DNA of 64,000 nt from assembly GCA_015059015.1 (NCBI GenBank), contig SVBG01000001.1, positions 10,026 to 74,025 on the forward strand. Reading direction: 5' to 3'. Made by a program: the position numbers and the translations under genes. Shown here piece by piece: positions 17,708 to 27,725 of this stretch. Under the pieces are notes generated by a model. That model saw nothing but the letters and a program-made list of their open reading frames with translations, was not told the DNA's origin and ran no database searches. How positions within the stretch are numbered: the first letter of the stretch is position 1; each line of letters starts with the position of its first letter. Source of the stretch: Erysipelotrichaceae bacterium. GTDB taxonomy: Bacteria; Bacillota_I; Bacilli_A; ML615J-28; CAG-313.

Positions 17708-20065
17708 TTATCTACTTTCTATATATTGTTTAATAAAGCTAACGTTTTCGAATACGTCATATCCACCCATCTTAGGTACAAGTAATGTTGGAGCTTTTTT
17801 AATATTAAATTTATTTACTAAATCAACATTATCTTCTGCATCAATAGTTGTATATTCAATACCTGCTTTATCTAAAAGCATTTTAGCCATTTTACAGTTT
17901 GGACAAGTTTTAGTTGTAAATAGAAGAATCTTATCAAGACTTACGCTTTGAGTTTCTTTTTCAACTTGTTCAATTTCTTTTTCAGTAAATACTGATGTTG
18001 ATAAGTTGTAAACTTTACGATGTTTAAATTCTTGAGTTTTACCATCATTCCAGTTTTGAACAGGACGGTAATATCCAGTAATTCTACTATAAACTTCAGT
18101 TTTCTTACCACAAATTGGACATGTAAATGCTTCACCATCAATATAACCATGTTCTGAACATACTGAGTATGTAGGTGAAATAGAATAGTAAGGAAGTTTA
18201 TAGTTTTCTGCAATCTTTCTTACAAGTTCAGCACATGCTTGCCATGAAGGCATTCTTTGACCAAGATAAGTATGGAATACAGTACCTGATGTATATAATG
18301 TTTGTAATTCATCTTGGATGTCTAGTGCAGTAAAGACATCTTCTGTAAAACTAACAGGTAGATGAGAACTGTTAGTATAATAAGGAGTTTCATCCTCTTT
18401 TGATGCTGTAATAATATCAGGGTAACGTTTTTTATCATGTTTTGCAAGACGATATGATGTAGATTCAGCAGGAGTTGCTTCTAAGTTATATAAGTCACCA
18501 TATAGTTCTTGGTAGTCTGATAATTTGTTACGCATGAAGTTAAGAACATTTTTAGTAAATTCTTGACCTTCTTTAGTTGTTAAGTCTTTCTTTAACCATT
18601 TAGCATTTAGACATGCTTCATTCATACCAACAAGACCAATTGTTGAGAAGTGATTATCAAATGTTCCTAAATAACGTTGTGTATATGGATATAATCCTAA
18701 GTTAAGTAATTTTGTAATAATATTTCTCTTGATTTTTAAACTTCTTGCAGAAATGTTCATTAATTTTTCTAGACGTTTATAGAAATCTTCTTCATCAACA
18801 GCTAAGTATGCAAGACGAGGCATGTTAAGTGTTACAACACCAACTGAACCTGTTGATTCACCTGAACCGAAGAAGCCACCTGATTTTTTACGAAGTTCTC
18901 TTAGGTCAAGACGAAGTCTACAACACATACTTCTTACATCACTTGGTTCCATATCTGAGTTGATATAGTTAGAGAAGTATGGAGTACCATATTTAGCAGT
19001 CATTTCAAATAATAATTTATTATTTTCTGTTTCTGACCAGTCAAAATCTTTTGTGATAGAATAAGTTGGAATTGGATATTGGAAACCACGTCCATTAGCA
19101 TCACCTTCAATCATGATTTCGATGAATGCTTTATTAACCATTGCCATTTCTTTAGCACAGTCTTTATATTTAAAATCCATTTCTTTTCCACCAACGATTG
19201 CATTAAGTTCAGCTAAATCGTTAGGAACTACCCAGTCAAGAGTAATGTTTGTAAATGGAGCTTGAGTTCCCCATCTACTTGGTGTATTTACACCATAAAT
19301 AAATGATTGAATACATTGTTTAGTTTCTTTATATGTTAAGTTATCTACTTTAACAAATGGTGCAAGATATGTATCAAAAGATGAAAATGCTTGTGCACCA
19401 GCCCATTCATTTTGCATAATACCTAAGAAGTTTGTCATTTGATTACATAAAGTTGAAAGGTGAGATGCAGGTTTAGATGTAATTTTACCAGGTACACCAC
19501 CAAGTCCTTCAGTAATTAATTGTTTTAAACTCCATCCAGCACAATAACCTGTAAGCATTGATAAGTCATGAATATGAATATCTGCTTCACGATGTGCTTT
19601 TTCAATTTCTTGATCATATATTTCAGATAACCAATAGTTAGCTGTAATTGCGCCAGAGTTTGAAAGAATTAATCCACCTACTGAATAAGTAACAGTTGAA
19701 TTTTCTTTAACACGCCAGTCACTGATCTTTAAATAGTTGTTAATTGTATCTTTATAGTCAAGGAAGGTAGAACTCATATTTCTGATGTTTTCATGTTGCT
19801 TACGATATAAAATATATGATTTAGCTACATCAACATAACTTGTTTGAATTAATACAATTTCAACTGTATCTTGAATTTCCTCTACTGAAATAACATCATC
19901 TACAATTTTATCATTAAATGTTGCAGTAACTTTTAATGCAAGAAGTTCGATAATGTCTTTTGAATAATTTTTATTTACAGATTCAAATGCTTTTGCGATT
20001 GCATTCTCAATCTTTGTGATATCAAAATCAACGATATTGCCATCACGTTTTTTAACTTTAATCAT
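17708..20065 (-). CDS. nrdD: Anaerobic (class III) ribonucleoside-triphosphate reductase NrdD with an N-terminal ATP-cone and a fused C-terminal glutaredoxin/NrdH-like domain
   Basis: The ATP-cone is MIKVKKRDGNIVDFDITKIENAI. The Zn-ribbon is CSEHGY...CPICG. The glycyl-radical motif is RITGYYRP. About 75 extra C-terminal residues contain TKTCPNCKMAK...IDAEDN...VPKMGG, i.e. a glutaredoxin-like CPxC fold. Confidence 0.9.
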   Translation of the reverse strand: MIKVKKRDGNIVDFDITKIENAIAKAFESVNKNYSKDIIELLALKVTATFNDKIVDDVISVEEIQDTVEIVLIQTSYVDVAKSYILYRKQHENIRNMSSTFLDYKDTINNYLKISDWRVKENSTVTYSVGGLILSNSGAITANYWLSEIYDQEIEKAHREADIHIHDLSMLTGYCAGWSLKQLITEGLGGVPGKITSKPASHLSTLCNQMTNFLGIMQNEWAGAQAFSSFDTYLAPFVKVDNLTYKETKQCIQSFIYGVNTPSRWGTQAPFTNITLDWVVPNDLAELNAIVGGKEMDFKYKDCAKEMAMVNKAFIEIMIEGDANGRGFQYPIPTYSITKDFDWSETENNKLLFEMTAKYGTPYFSNYINSDMEPSDVRSMCCRLRLDLRELRKKSGGFFGSGESTGSVGVVTLNMPRLAYLAVDEEDFYKRLEKLMNISARSLKIKRNIITKLLNLGLYPYTQRYLGTFDNHFSTIGLVGMNEACLNAKWLKKDLTTKEGQEFTKNVLNFMRNKLSDYQELYGDLYNLEATPAESTSYRLAKHDKKRYPDIITASKEDETPYYTNSSHLPVSFTEDVFTALDIQDELQTLYTSGTVFHTYLGQRMPSWQACAELVRKIAENYKLPYYSISPTYSVCSEHGYIDGEAFTCPICGKKTEVYSRITGYYRPVQNWNDGKTQEFKHRKVYNLSTSVFTEKEIEQVEKETQSVSLDKILLFTTKTCPNCKMAKMLLDKAGIEYTTIDAEDNVDLVNKFNIKKAPTLLVPKMGGYDVFENVSFIKQYIESR

Positions 20066-20290
20066 TTGTCTTTCCCTCCTATAATAATTTAAAAATGTTT
20101 TAATATCTCGTTTTTAGAGTATACATATTATACTAAATTTGACGTTTTTTTTCAAGTATTATATAAATGAAAAAATTTTCATTTTTTTAAAATTTAGAAA
20201 GCATTTAGAATAGAATTTAAAAAATTAGAATTATTCTAAATTTAAAAAAAGCATAAAAAAAGGAATTGAAATTTAAATTCAATTCGCTTT

Positions 20291-21694
20291 TTATTTTTTT
20301 AATATATCTTCACCTGGTATACCAGGCACAACTAGTTTTTCTAAATCAAGAATTTCATTTAATTGTTCTTCAGTAACTAATCCTTTTGAAAGAATTACTT
20401 CTTTAATCGGAGTTTTTGTATTGTTTGATTCCTCAACAATATCACATGCTGCATCATAACCAATATGACTTGATAGTGCAGTAATAATACTAGTAGAATT
20501 ATTAACATTACCTAAACAAGCATCAGCGTTAACAGAAAGCCCTGTAATAGCAAGCTCGTTGAATGTTCTTACGGCATGACGAGTATTAGTAAGTTCTTCA
20601 AACATTGCCATAATAATTACTGGTAAAAAAGGATTTAGTTCAAGTTGTCCTGCTTCAACAGCGTTAGTAATTGTAACATCTAATCCCATAACATAGAAAG
20701 AAACTTGATTAACTACTTCAGGAACTACTGGATTAAATTTACCAGGAATAATTGATGATCCTTGTTGTACACGAGGAAGGTTTATTTCATTAATATGAGT
20801 TGATGCCATAAATCTTAAATCGCTTGCCATTTTAGATAAGTTTAATGCAAGTCCTTTAATCATACTTGATGCGTAAGCAAAACAATCTAGGTTACAAGTT
20901 ATATCAATTAAATCTTTAGCTGGTTTTAAATTTTCACCTGAGTATTTTGCGATATGTGGTACAACTTTCTTAATATATTTAGGTGTCGCATTAATACCTG
21001 TTCCGATTGCTGTTGCTCCCATGTTAATTTCACTTAATGCTTCAATTGCAGAATCAAGTCTTTTTAAATCTCTCCCAATTACATTTGCGTAAGATTTAAA
21101 CTCTTGACCAAGTGTCATAGGAACTGCTTCTTGAAGATGAGTTCTACCCATTTTAATAACATCTTTAAATTCAACTGCTTTATCATTAAGAACGTTTTGC
21201 AACTTTTTAACTTCAACAATTAATTTTTTAATTTGTTTAATTATCGCAATCTTTCCAGCTGTTTGAATTACATCATTTGTAGATTGACATTTATTAACGT
21301 GGTCAATTGGATGAACAAATTCATACTTGCCTTTTTTACCACCTAATATTTCATTTGCTCTATTAGCAATTACTTCATTTGCATTCATATTGATACTAGT
21401 ACCAGCACCACCTTGAATTAAATCAGTAATAAATTGTCCATGAAGACGTCCATTTAATATTTCATCACATGCAAGCATAATTGCTTGAGATACTTCATCT
21501 GTTATTAAATCTGCATCAGCATTAGCTTTAGCTGCACCTTTTTTTACATATGCTAATGCTTTTATCATTTGTCTAGGTATTCCACGTTTTGTTATATCAA
21601 AATTATTTTTTGATCTTAGTGTGTTAATTCCGTAATATACTTCTTGGGGAATTTTTATCTCTCCAATAGCATCTTTTTCAGTACGATACTTCAT
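20291..21694 (-). CDS. aspA: Aspartate ammonia-lyase (fumarase/aspartase family)
   Basis: [20 protein letters not shown] matches the AspA signature [20 protein letters not shown], and FumC has a different motif here. The aspartase-type N-terminus is [22 protein letters not shown]. Confidence 0.85.
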   Translation of the reverse strand: MKYRTEKDAIGEIKIPQEVYYGINTLRSKNNFDITKRGIPRQMIKALAYVKKGAAKANADADLITDEVSQAIMLACDEILNGRLHGQFITDLIQGGAGTSINMNANEVIANRANEILGGKKGKYEFVHPIDHVNKCQSTNDVIQTAGKIAIIKQIKKLIVEVKKLQNVLNDKAVEFKDVIKMGRTHLQEAVPMTLGQEFKSYANVIGRDLKRLDSAIEALSEINMGATAIGTGINATPKYIKKVVPHIAKYSGENLKPAKDLIDITCNLDCFAYASSMIKGLALNLSKMASDLRFMASTHINEINLPRVQQGSSIIPGKFNPVVPEVVNQVSFYVMGLDVTITNAVEAGQLELNPFLPVIIMAMFEELTNTRHAVRTFNELAITGLSVNADACLGNVNNSTSIITALSSHIGYDAACDIVEESNNTKTPIKEVILSKGLVTEEQLNEILDLEKLVVPGIPGEDILKK

Positions 21695-21816
21695 ATGTAC
21701 CTCCTTACTTGTTTAATAATCCATATATATGATACCACAAATTTTAAAATAATAAATAAAAAAAGACTTAAAAAAAATTATACGCATAAAATAGTTATGA
21801 GTATGAGGTGAAATAA

Positions 21817-23061
21817 ATGAAATTAAAAATTAAAAAGACAACTAATATTTATGGAGAAATATCAATAAGTGGATCTAAGAATGCTTGTTTACCTATTCTT
21901 ACTGTATGCTTATTAACAAAAGAACTAGTTCATTTACAAAATGTTCCTAATATTTTAGATGTTGAATATATGATTGAACTATTAAAACTAATTGGGGTTA
22001 ATGTAAAAAGATGTATTGAAACAAATGAAGTATATTTAAAAAGGAAAAAAATTAAATCAAAAATTAATAGTCCATATCTAAATCAAATTAGAGCCTCTTA
22101 TTATTTAATGGGAGTTTTATTTAGTGAAAAACGAAATATAAAGACTAAAAATCCTGGTGGATGTAATTTTACGTCAAGACCAATTGATTATCACCTAGAT
22201 GCATTTAGAGAAATGGGAGCAAATGTAACTTTAGATAATGATAATATATTAATAAATAGAAAAAAGAAAAATAATATTAATGTAACGCTTAAAAATAAAT
22301 CACTAGGGACAACAATTAATATAATACTTGCAACAGTTAAAACCAAGGGAGAGAGTATTATTAATAATCCATCACTTGAGCCCGAAGTATTAGATTTAAT
22401 AGATATTTTAAATAAGATGGGAGCAAATATTAAAGTTAAAGATAATCAAATAGTTATTGTTGGAGTAAGAAAATTATTTGGTGTGACACATAAAATAATT
22501 CCAGATCGTATGGAAGCAGGAAGTTATATGTGCCTTGCCGCAAGTGTAGAAAATAGTAATGTTTTGTTAAAAAACATAAATATTAAACATTTAGATAGTG
22601 TAATAAATACATTTAAACAAAGTGGATTAAATATAATAAATGAAAATAATGATTTAAGAATTATAAAATACAAACAATTAAATAACATGAAAATAGTAGC
22701 AGATAATTACCCTAATTATCCAACTGATTTACAACAACCAATGGTGAGTACGCTTCTTAATTCTAATAATGTATCACTTATAAAAGATTTAATATATCCA
22801 AATAGATTTTCAGAAGTCTTTGAACTTTTATCTATGAAAGCTACTTTATATTTAAAAAATCAAACACTATTGGTTTTTCCATCAAAACTTGTTGGTAAAG
22901 AAGTTTATGCACCTGACTTAAGAGCTGGTTTTTCATTAATAATTGCAGGAGCAATTGCAGAAGGAGAAACTATAATTAATCATTCTGAAGTAATTTTAAG
23001 AGGATATGATAATTTAATAGAGAAATTAAATAATATAAAAATTGATGCAGAGATTGTTTAA
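21817..23061 (+). CDS. murA: UDP-N-acetylglucosamine 1-carboxyvinyltransferase (MurA family; divergent and Asn/Lys-rich)
   Basis: The N-terminus KIKKTTNIYGEISISGSKNACLPIL matches MurA xVxGxxxLxGEVxISGAKNAALPIL. The active-site Cys region is NPGGCNFTSRPIDYHL. The C-terminus DLRAGFSLIIAGAIAEGETII matches DLRASASLVLAGxIAxGxT. Length is 414 aa. Confidence 0.75.
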   Translation: MKLKIKKTTNIYGEISISGSKNACLPILTVCLLTKELVHLQNVPNILDVEYMIELLKLIGVNVKRCIETNEVYLKRKKIKSKINSPYLNQIRASYYLMGVLFSEKRNIKTKNPGGCNFTSRPIDYHLDAFREMGANVTLDNDNILINRKKKNNINVTLKNKSLGTTINIILATVKTKGESIINNPSLEPEVLDLIDILNKMGANIKVKDNQIVIVGVRKLFGVTHKIIPDRMEAGSYMCLAASVENSNVLLKNINIKHLDSVINTFKQSGLNIINENNDLRIIKYKQLNNMKIVADNYPNYPTDLQQPMVSTLLNSNNVSLIKDLIYPNRFSEVFELLSMKATLYLKNQTLLVFPSKLVGKEVYAPDLRAGFSLIIAGAIAEGETIINHSEVILRGYDNLIEKLNNIKIDAEIV

Positions 23062-23126
23062 AAAGACTTGTATTATTTGTAATAATATGGTATAATAATA
23101 GATGTGTAAAAGGAGGAAATTACCTT

Positions 23127-26100
23127 ATGAATTATTTTTTTATAATAGATATAGTATTACTAGTTATATTAACTATTTCATTATTAGCAGGATTAATTAG
23201 AGGATTTAAAAAATCTCTTAGAAGATTTGTAGCATTATTAATTCCAACGATTTGTTTATTTATCTTTTTAGGACCAATTACTAATAAAGTAATGAAAACT
23301 AAAGTAGATCTTGAAAAAATAGATAACATTGTTCAATTTATTCCTGATGAGTATACAGAAGAACCATATTCTATTAATGATGCAGTTTCAATTATAGTAG
23401 CGGATAATATATATCCAGATAGTGAAGAATTACAAAAAGATTCAAAAATGGCTGAATTAATTTCTTCAGCTTCTTCAATGATTATTAAAGTTGTTGTTTA
23501 TTTTGTAGGTTTATTCTTTGTTTGGATAGCTAGTTTAATATTAAGATTATTATTTAGAATTATCTTTAAAAAAGCAAATAGAAAAGGTAAACTAATAGGA
23601 CTTGGCTTTGGTGCTTTACAATTTACATTAATTTTTATTTTATATTTATTACCATTATTCGGTGTTGTTTCTTTCGCAAGTTCAGTTCTTCACGAAGTAG
23701 ACAAATATTATGAAGATGAATCTATAAAAGAAGTAATTGAATATGCAGATTTATATGAAAATACAATAACTAAAAAATATTTTTTAAATACTGCAACAAA
23801 AATTTTCTGTAAAGATAAATCAGTTTCTTGTGATGCTCAATTTGTAATGGGTGGTTTATCATTTAAAGTAGATGGAGAAAAAGTAGTTTTATTAGATGAA
23901 TATTTAGAAATTAAAGATGCAATTCCATCAGCTATGAAAATTATTGATTTAGTAAATAGTTTAGATGGCGAAGAAAAAATCATTAAACTTTCAAATCTAT
24001 CAGATGATGATATCGAAAATATATCAAGTGTAATTAAAAATACAAAACTTGTAAGAGTAGCTATTCCTGCTGTACTTGAGTATGCAGTTTATAGTAGTAA
24101 TGATTCAGAAAATGATTATAGTGATTTAATTAATAAATTAAATCAATTAGATTGGGATAAAGAATTAAATGCTATTGCAGATTTAATAAATGTACTTAAA
24201 AATCATAATGATTTAGAAATTAATATTAGTTCATTTGATTATGCATTAAAATCAGCAGGTTTAATTGATCTAGCAACAGATCTTGTTAATGGTGCATTAC
24301 AAATGAATATAGTTACAGAAGTTGCAATTCCATTTGGAATCAATATACTAGAAGAAGAGTTCTCAAAAGGTGAATTTGCAGAATATCAAATAGACTTTAC
24401 AGCTATAAAGAATATTAACTGGAAAACAGATGGTTCTGGCTTTGTAACAACTCTTACTAATATATATAAAGAATACTTAAGAGTAGACATTAATTTTAGT
24501 GATATTAAAGTAGCATTAAATGATGCTAAATTACCTGATTTTGTTACATATGTATTTGATGAAATTGATAAATCAGTTATTATTACTGATACATTACTTC
24601 CAACTGTAATGCAAGTTCTTATTGCAAATTTAGAGCAAGATGAAGATATTATAGATTTAGGTATTGATTTTGAAGAATTGAAAAAAGTAAATTGGAAAGA
24701 AAATTTAAAACCAATTAAAAACTTATTACATGATTTAATTGAATCTTATCAAGTATTAGAAATAGATCCAGAAGATTTTAAAGCAGTTCTTAAAAATAAT
24801 AAATTACAAATTGAATTAGATAAAGCCATCACTAATATTTTAGATTGTGATGTATTTGCAAATTATTTATTACCAATTGTAATGAATGTTTTAATAGAAA
24901 ATTTAGAAACTAATGAATCTTTAGCTTCATTTAATTTTGATTTTGTTGCAATTAAAAATACAAATTGGAAAACTGAATTAACATACTTTAAAGATGTATT
25001 TGTAGAATTCCTAAATGCTTATCAAGGTTTAGATTTCAATAAAGATGATTGGATGGCTATTTTAGATAGTGAAAATCTAGCAGCTTATATTACTAATATA
25101 TATAATGAAGCAAAAGAATCTTCACTTGTAAGTGAACATATTTTACCTAAACTTCCTAATAAATTACATGAATTAATTGATGGAGTAGATAGCTCACTAG
25201 ATGTTTCATTCTTAAAAGAACTTATTACAGAAGATTCTATTGATACTTTATTAACAGATGATTTAGATAAATTAATTGTTTTATTTAAAGAAATTAAAGC
25301 ACTTGGCTTATTAGATGGTGTAGAATTAAATTATACAGATGCTACTACACAAGATAGTTTAATTAAAGTAATTAAAGAAATATTTGATTTAAGCGTAGTT
25401 AATGGAAAAGAAAGTACAATTTTCAAATCAATCATTACAATGATTAATATTGAGCCAGTCTTAGAACAATACGATATTACATTAGATTATGAAAATGTTG
25501 AAAACTGGGATAATGAAGTAGATTATATATGTACAATCTTTAAAAATGCTATGACACTTACAGGTGGTTTAGAAGGCTTTGATTTAACAACACTTTTAAC
25601 AAAGATTTCAACAGAAGAAGAAAAAAATAAAATCGCAGAAATAGTGGAAGCTGTTGGAAATAGTGATTTATTCGGAGACTCTATTTATACAATAATTGAT
25701 TCAGTTTCAAAAGAAATTGATTCAACAATTGAAATTAATTTTACAAATGAAGAGAAAAACACAATTGAAAATGTAAATGGTTGGAAATTTGAAGCATTAC
25801 ATATTCTAGAATTAGTTGAAAAAATTGATCACATTGATTTTGGAGTGGATTATGAACACTTAAATGCAGATGAAATGAAAGAGATTATGGTGTATTGTTC
25901 GGAAAGTGTTGTTTCAACAAAACTATTTGGAAGTATACTTAATAATGTATTTAGTGGAGTAATTAATCATGACTTTACAAATCAAGAAACAATGAAAAAT
26001 GATGCAGATGTAATATATAATGCAATTAAAGTAGCTTCAATCATTCAAAACGATACAATTGATTTAACAGATACAACTGTTACTGATGAATTGATTGAAT

Positions 26101-26363
26101 CAATTGAATCTATCGCAACTTCAGAAGAAAATCTAGAACTTACAAATCAATTAATTAACGATATTGTTGGTAATGAAACTCATGTTGATTATACTAAAGA
26201 AGATATTACAGAAGCAGCAGAAGTAGTTGAATCAATTATTAATCAATATCAAGCATCAGATGATCAAGATAACTTTGATTTAGATAACTTATCAGAAGAA
26301 GATAAAGAAATGATAGAAAACTCAGAAATTGCTAAAGCAATTCTAGATGCATTATTTAAATAA
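23127..26363 (+). CDS. Large membrane protein with an N-terminal CvpA-like (colicin V production) 4-TM domain fused to an ~850-aa acidic helical repeat region (75-aa units with conserved NW(K/D))
   Basis: GLIRGFKKSLRRFVALLIP and KGKLIGLGFGALQFTLIFILYLLP match the CvpA motifs SLIRGFVREAL and GTDRVLGxxFGALRGVLIV. The repeats are IDFTAIKNINWKTDG..LLPTVMQVLIANLEQDE, IDFEELKKVNWKENL..LLPIVMNVLIENLETNE and FDFVAIKNTNWKTEL. Confidence 0.6.
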   Translation: MNYFFIIDIVLLVILTISLLAGLIRGFKKSLRRFVALLIPTICLFIFLGPITNKVMKTKVDLEKIDNIVQFIPDEYTEEPYSINDAVSIIVADNIYPDSEELQKDSKMAELISSASSMIIKVVVYFVGLFFVWIASLILRLLFRIIFKKANRKGKLIGLGFGALQFTLIFILYLLPLFGVVSFASSVLHEVDKYYEDESIKEVIEYADLYENTITKKYFLNTATKIFCKDKSVSCDAQFVMGGLSFKVDGEKVVLLDEYLEIKDAIPSAMKIIDLVNSLDGEEKIIKLSNLSDDDIENISSVIKNTKLVRVAIPAVLEYAVYSSNDSENDYSDLINKLNQLDWDKELNAIADLINVLKNHNDLEINISSFDYALKSAGLIDLATDLVNGALQMNIVTEVAIPFGINILEEEFSKGEFAEYQIDFTAIKNINWKTDGSGFVTTLTNIYKEYLRVDINFSDIKVALNDAKLPDFVTYVFDEIDKSVIITDTLLPTVMQVLIANLEQDEDIIDLGIDFEELKKVNWKENLKPIKNLLHDLIESYQVLEIDPEDFKAVLKNNKLQIELDKAITNILDCDVFANYLLPIVMNVLIENLETNESLASFNFDFVAIKNTNWKTELTYFKDVFVEFLNAYQGLDFNKDDWMAILDSENLAAYITNIYNEAKESSLVSEHILPKLPNKLHELIDGVDSSLDVSFLKELITEDSIDTLLTDDLDKLIVLFKEIKALGLLDGVELNYTDATTQDSLIKVIKEIFDLSVVNGKESTIFKSIITMINIEPVLEQYDITLDYENVENWDNEVDYICTIFKNAMTLTGGLEGFDLTTLLTKISTEEEKNKIAEIVEAVGNSDLFGDSIYTIIDSVSKEIDSTIEINFTNEEKNTIENVNGWKFEALHILELVEKIDHIDFGVDYEHLNADEMKEIMVYCSESVVSTKLFGSILNNVFSGVINHDFTNQETMKNDADVIYNAIKVASIIQNDTIDLTDTTVTDELIESIESIATSEENLELTNQLINDIVGNETHVDYTKEDITEAAEVVESIINQYQASDDQDNFDLDNLSEEDKEMIENSEIAKAILDALFK

Positions 26364-26365
26364 AC

Positions 26366-27484
26366 TATTTACAAGTTTATTAATTTATGTTATACTATAA
26401 GTGAAAAGTCCCATCAAAGGTGGGTAAGATGGATTTTTTTACACTTTATTTCTTTTTTGAAGGAGGCCTTTTTGTTTTGGTTCAAGTGCAAAAAACATCA
26501 ACCTCCTTCTAATATATTAAAACATAATGAAATTGCTTTTTCATTTAAAAAAATTTCATGCAACTATTTACAAATGATTAAATTTATGATATACTATAAG
26601 AGAAGCAGTTAGTTTCAATCGTATGAAACTCTTCTTCATTTTTGTGAGAAAAGTCCCGGGTTTTGATTTATGTTTTTGTTGGGACTTTTTACACTTTATT
26701 TTCTCTTGTTCTTTATTATAGAACACAAGAATTTAAGCAAAATGCTTACCAACCGAATTATTTCGGTAATAAGTCTGATTAAATCAGACATTCTTAGCCT
26801 CCTTATTTCTAGGAGGTTTTTTATTTTGGTTAAAATGCAAAAACATCACCTCCTTCTAACATATCCCCTTACAAAGTTATATTTAGAAGAAGAGTGCATA
26901 TCCCCTGGTTTATATAATGTTATTACGATATCATACAAACCGCTTCCATATACATAATTAGCAGAACTAGGTAAAATTGCTCTTTTTATTTTAAAAAAGT
27001 TTTCGACAACTATTAAAAAGTTTCATGCAACTATTTACAAATCATTAAATTTATGATATACTATAAGAGAAGCAGTTAGTTTCAATCGTATGAAACTCTT
27101 CTTCATTTTGTTGAAAAGAGTCCCAAATTATTTGTTATGTTTCGTTTGGGACTTTTTACACTTTATTTTCTCTTGTTCTTTATTATAGAACATAAGAATT
27201 TAAGCAAAATGCTTACCAACCGAATTATTTCGGTAATAAGTCTGATTAAATCAGACATTCTATGCCTCCTTATTTCTAGGAGGTTTTTTATTTTGGTTAA
27301 AATGCAAAAACATCACCTCCTCCTAACATATCCCCTTACAAAGTTATATTTAGAAGAAGAGTGCATATCCCCTGGTTTATATAATGTTATTACGATATCA
27401 TACAAACCGCTTCCATATACATAATTAGCAAAAGGTATTAAAATTGCTCTTTTTATTTTAAAAAAGTTTTCGACATTTAAATAC
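26366..27484. repeat. Tandem repeat of a 468-bp noncoding unit: two near-identical copies (about 26549-27016 and 27017-27484) plus a diverged internally deleted copy (26366-26548)
   Basis: Direct reading shows the full copies differ by only a few substitutions. Each carries TTTACA-17 nt-TGaTATACT (consensus-like extended -10 promoter), the hairpin agtttcaatcgtatgaaact, the hairpin aagtccc...gggactttt plus T-run, and a CCTCCT/AGGAGG/CCTCCT triple. Confidence 0.8.
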
Positions 27485-27725
27485 AAAAGAATTATTCATA
27501 AAAAATAAAAAAACTTGATAAGAAAACTCTTATCAAGAAAATAATGTGTTAATATATAATTTATGTTTAAAAAAGTCACAAAGGTAAACCTTTGTGATAC
27601 CTTTATTTATACTATTTATTTTAACAAATAACCTCTTTTTTTTCAATAAATATAAACTTTTAGTTATATTTAATATATATTTTAATATGTTATAAAAGTT
27701 TACCTTTATGGATAGGAGGAAAATT

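Noticed and set aside
17941-18213. 90-aa minus-strand ORF within nrdD in a different frame; also 16938-17361 plus-strand ORFs inside trxB
   Set aside because: They sit inside confidently identified conserved genes. No independent signals are present.
26670-26957. Duplicate 95-aa ORFs (also 27137-27424) inside the 468-bp tandem repeat
   Set aside because: The start codon lies in the loop of a terminator-like hairpin with no SD sequence. The translation is Phe/Leu/Ile-rich. The apparent conservation is only because the two DNA copies are near-identical. The region is better explained as noncoding RNA or regulatory DNA.
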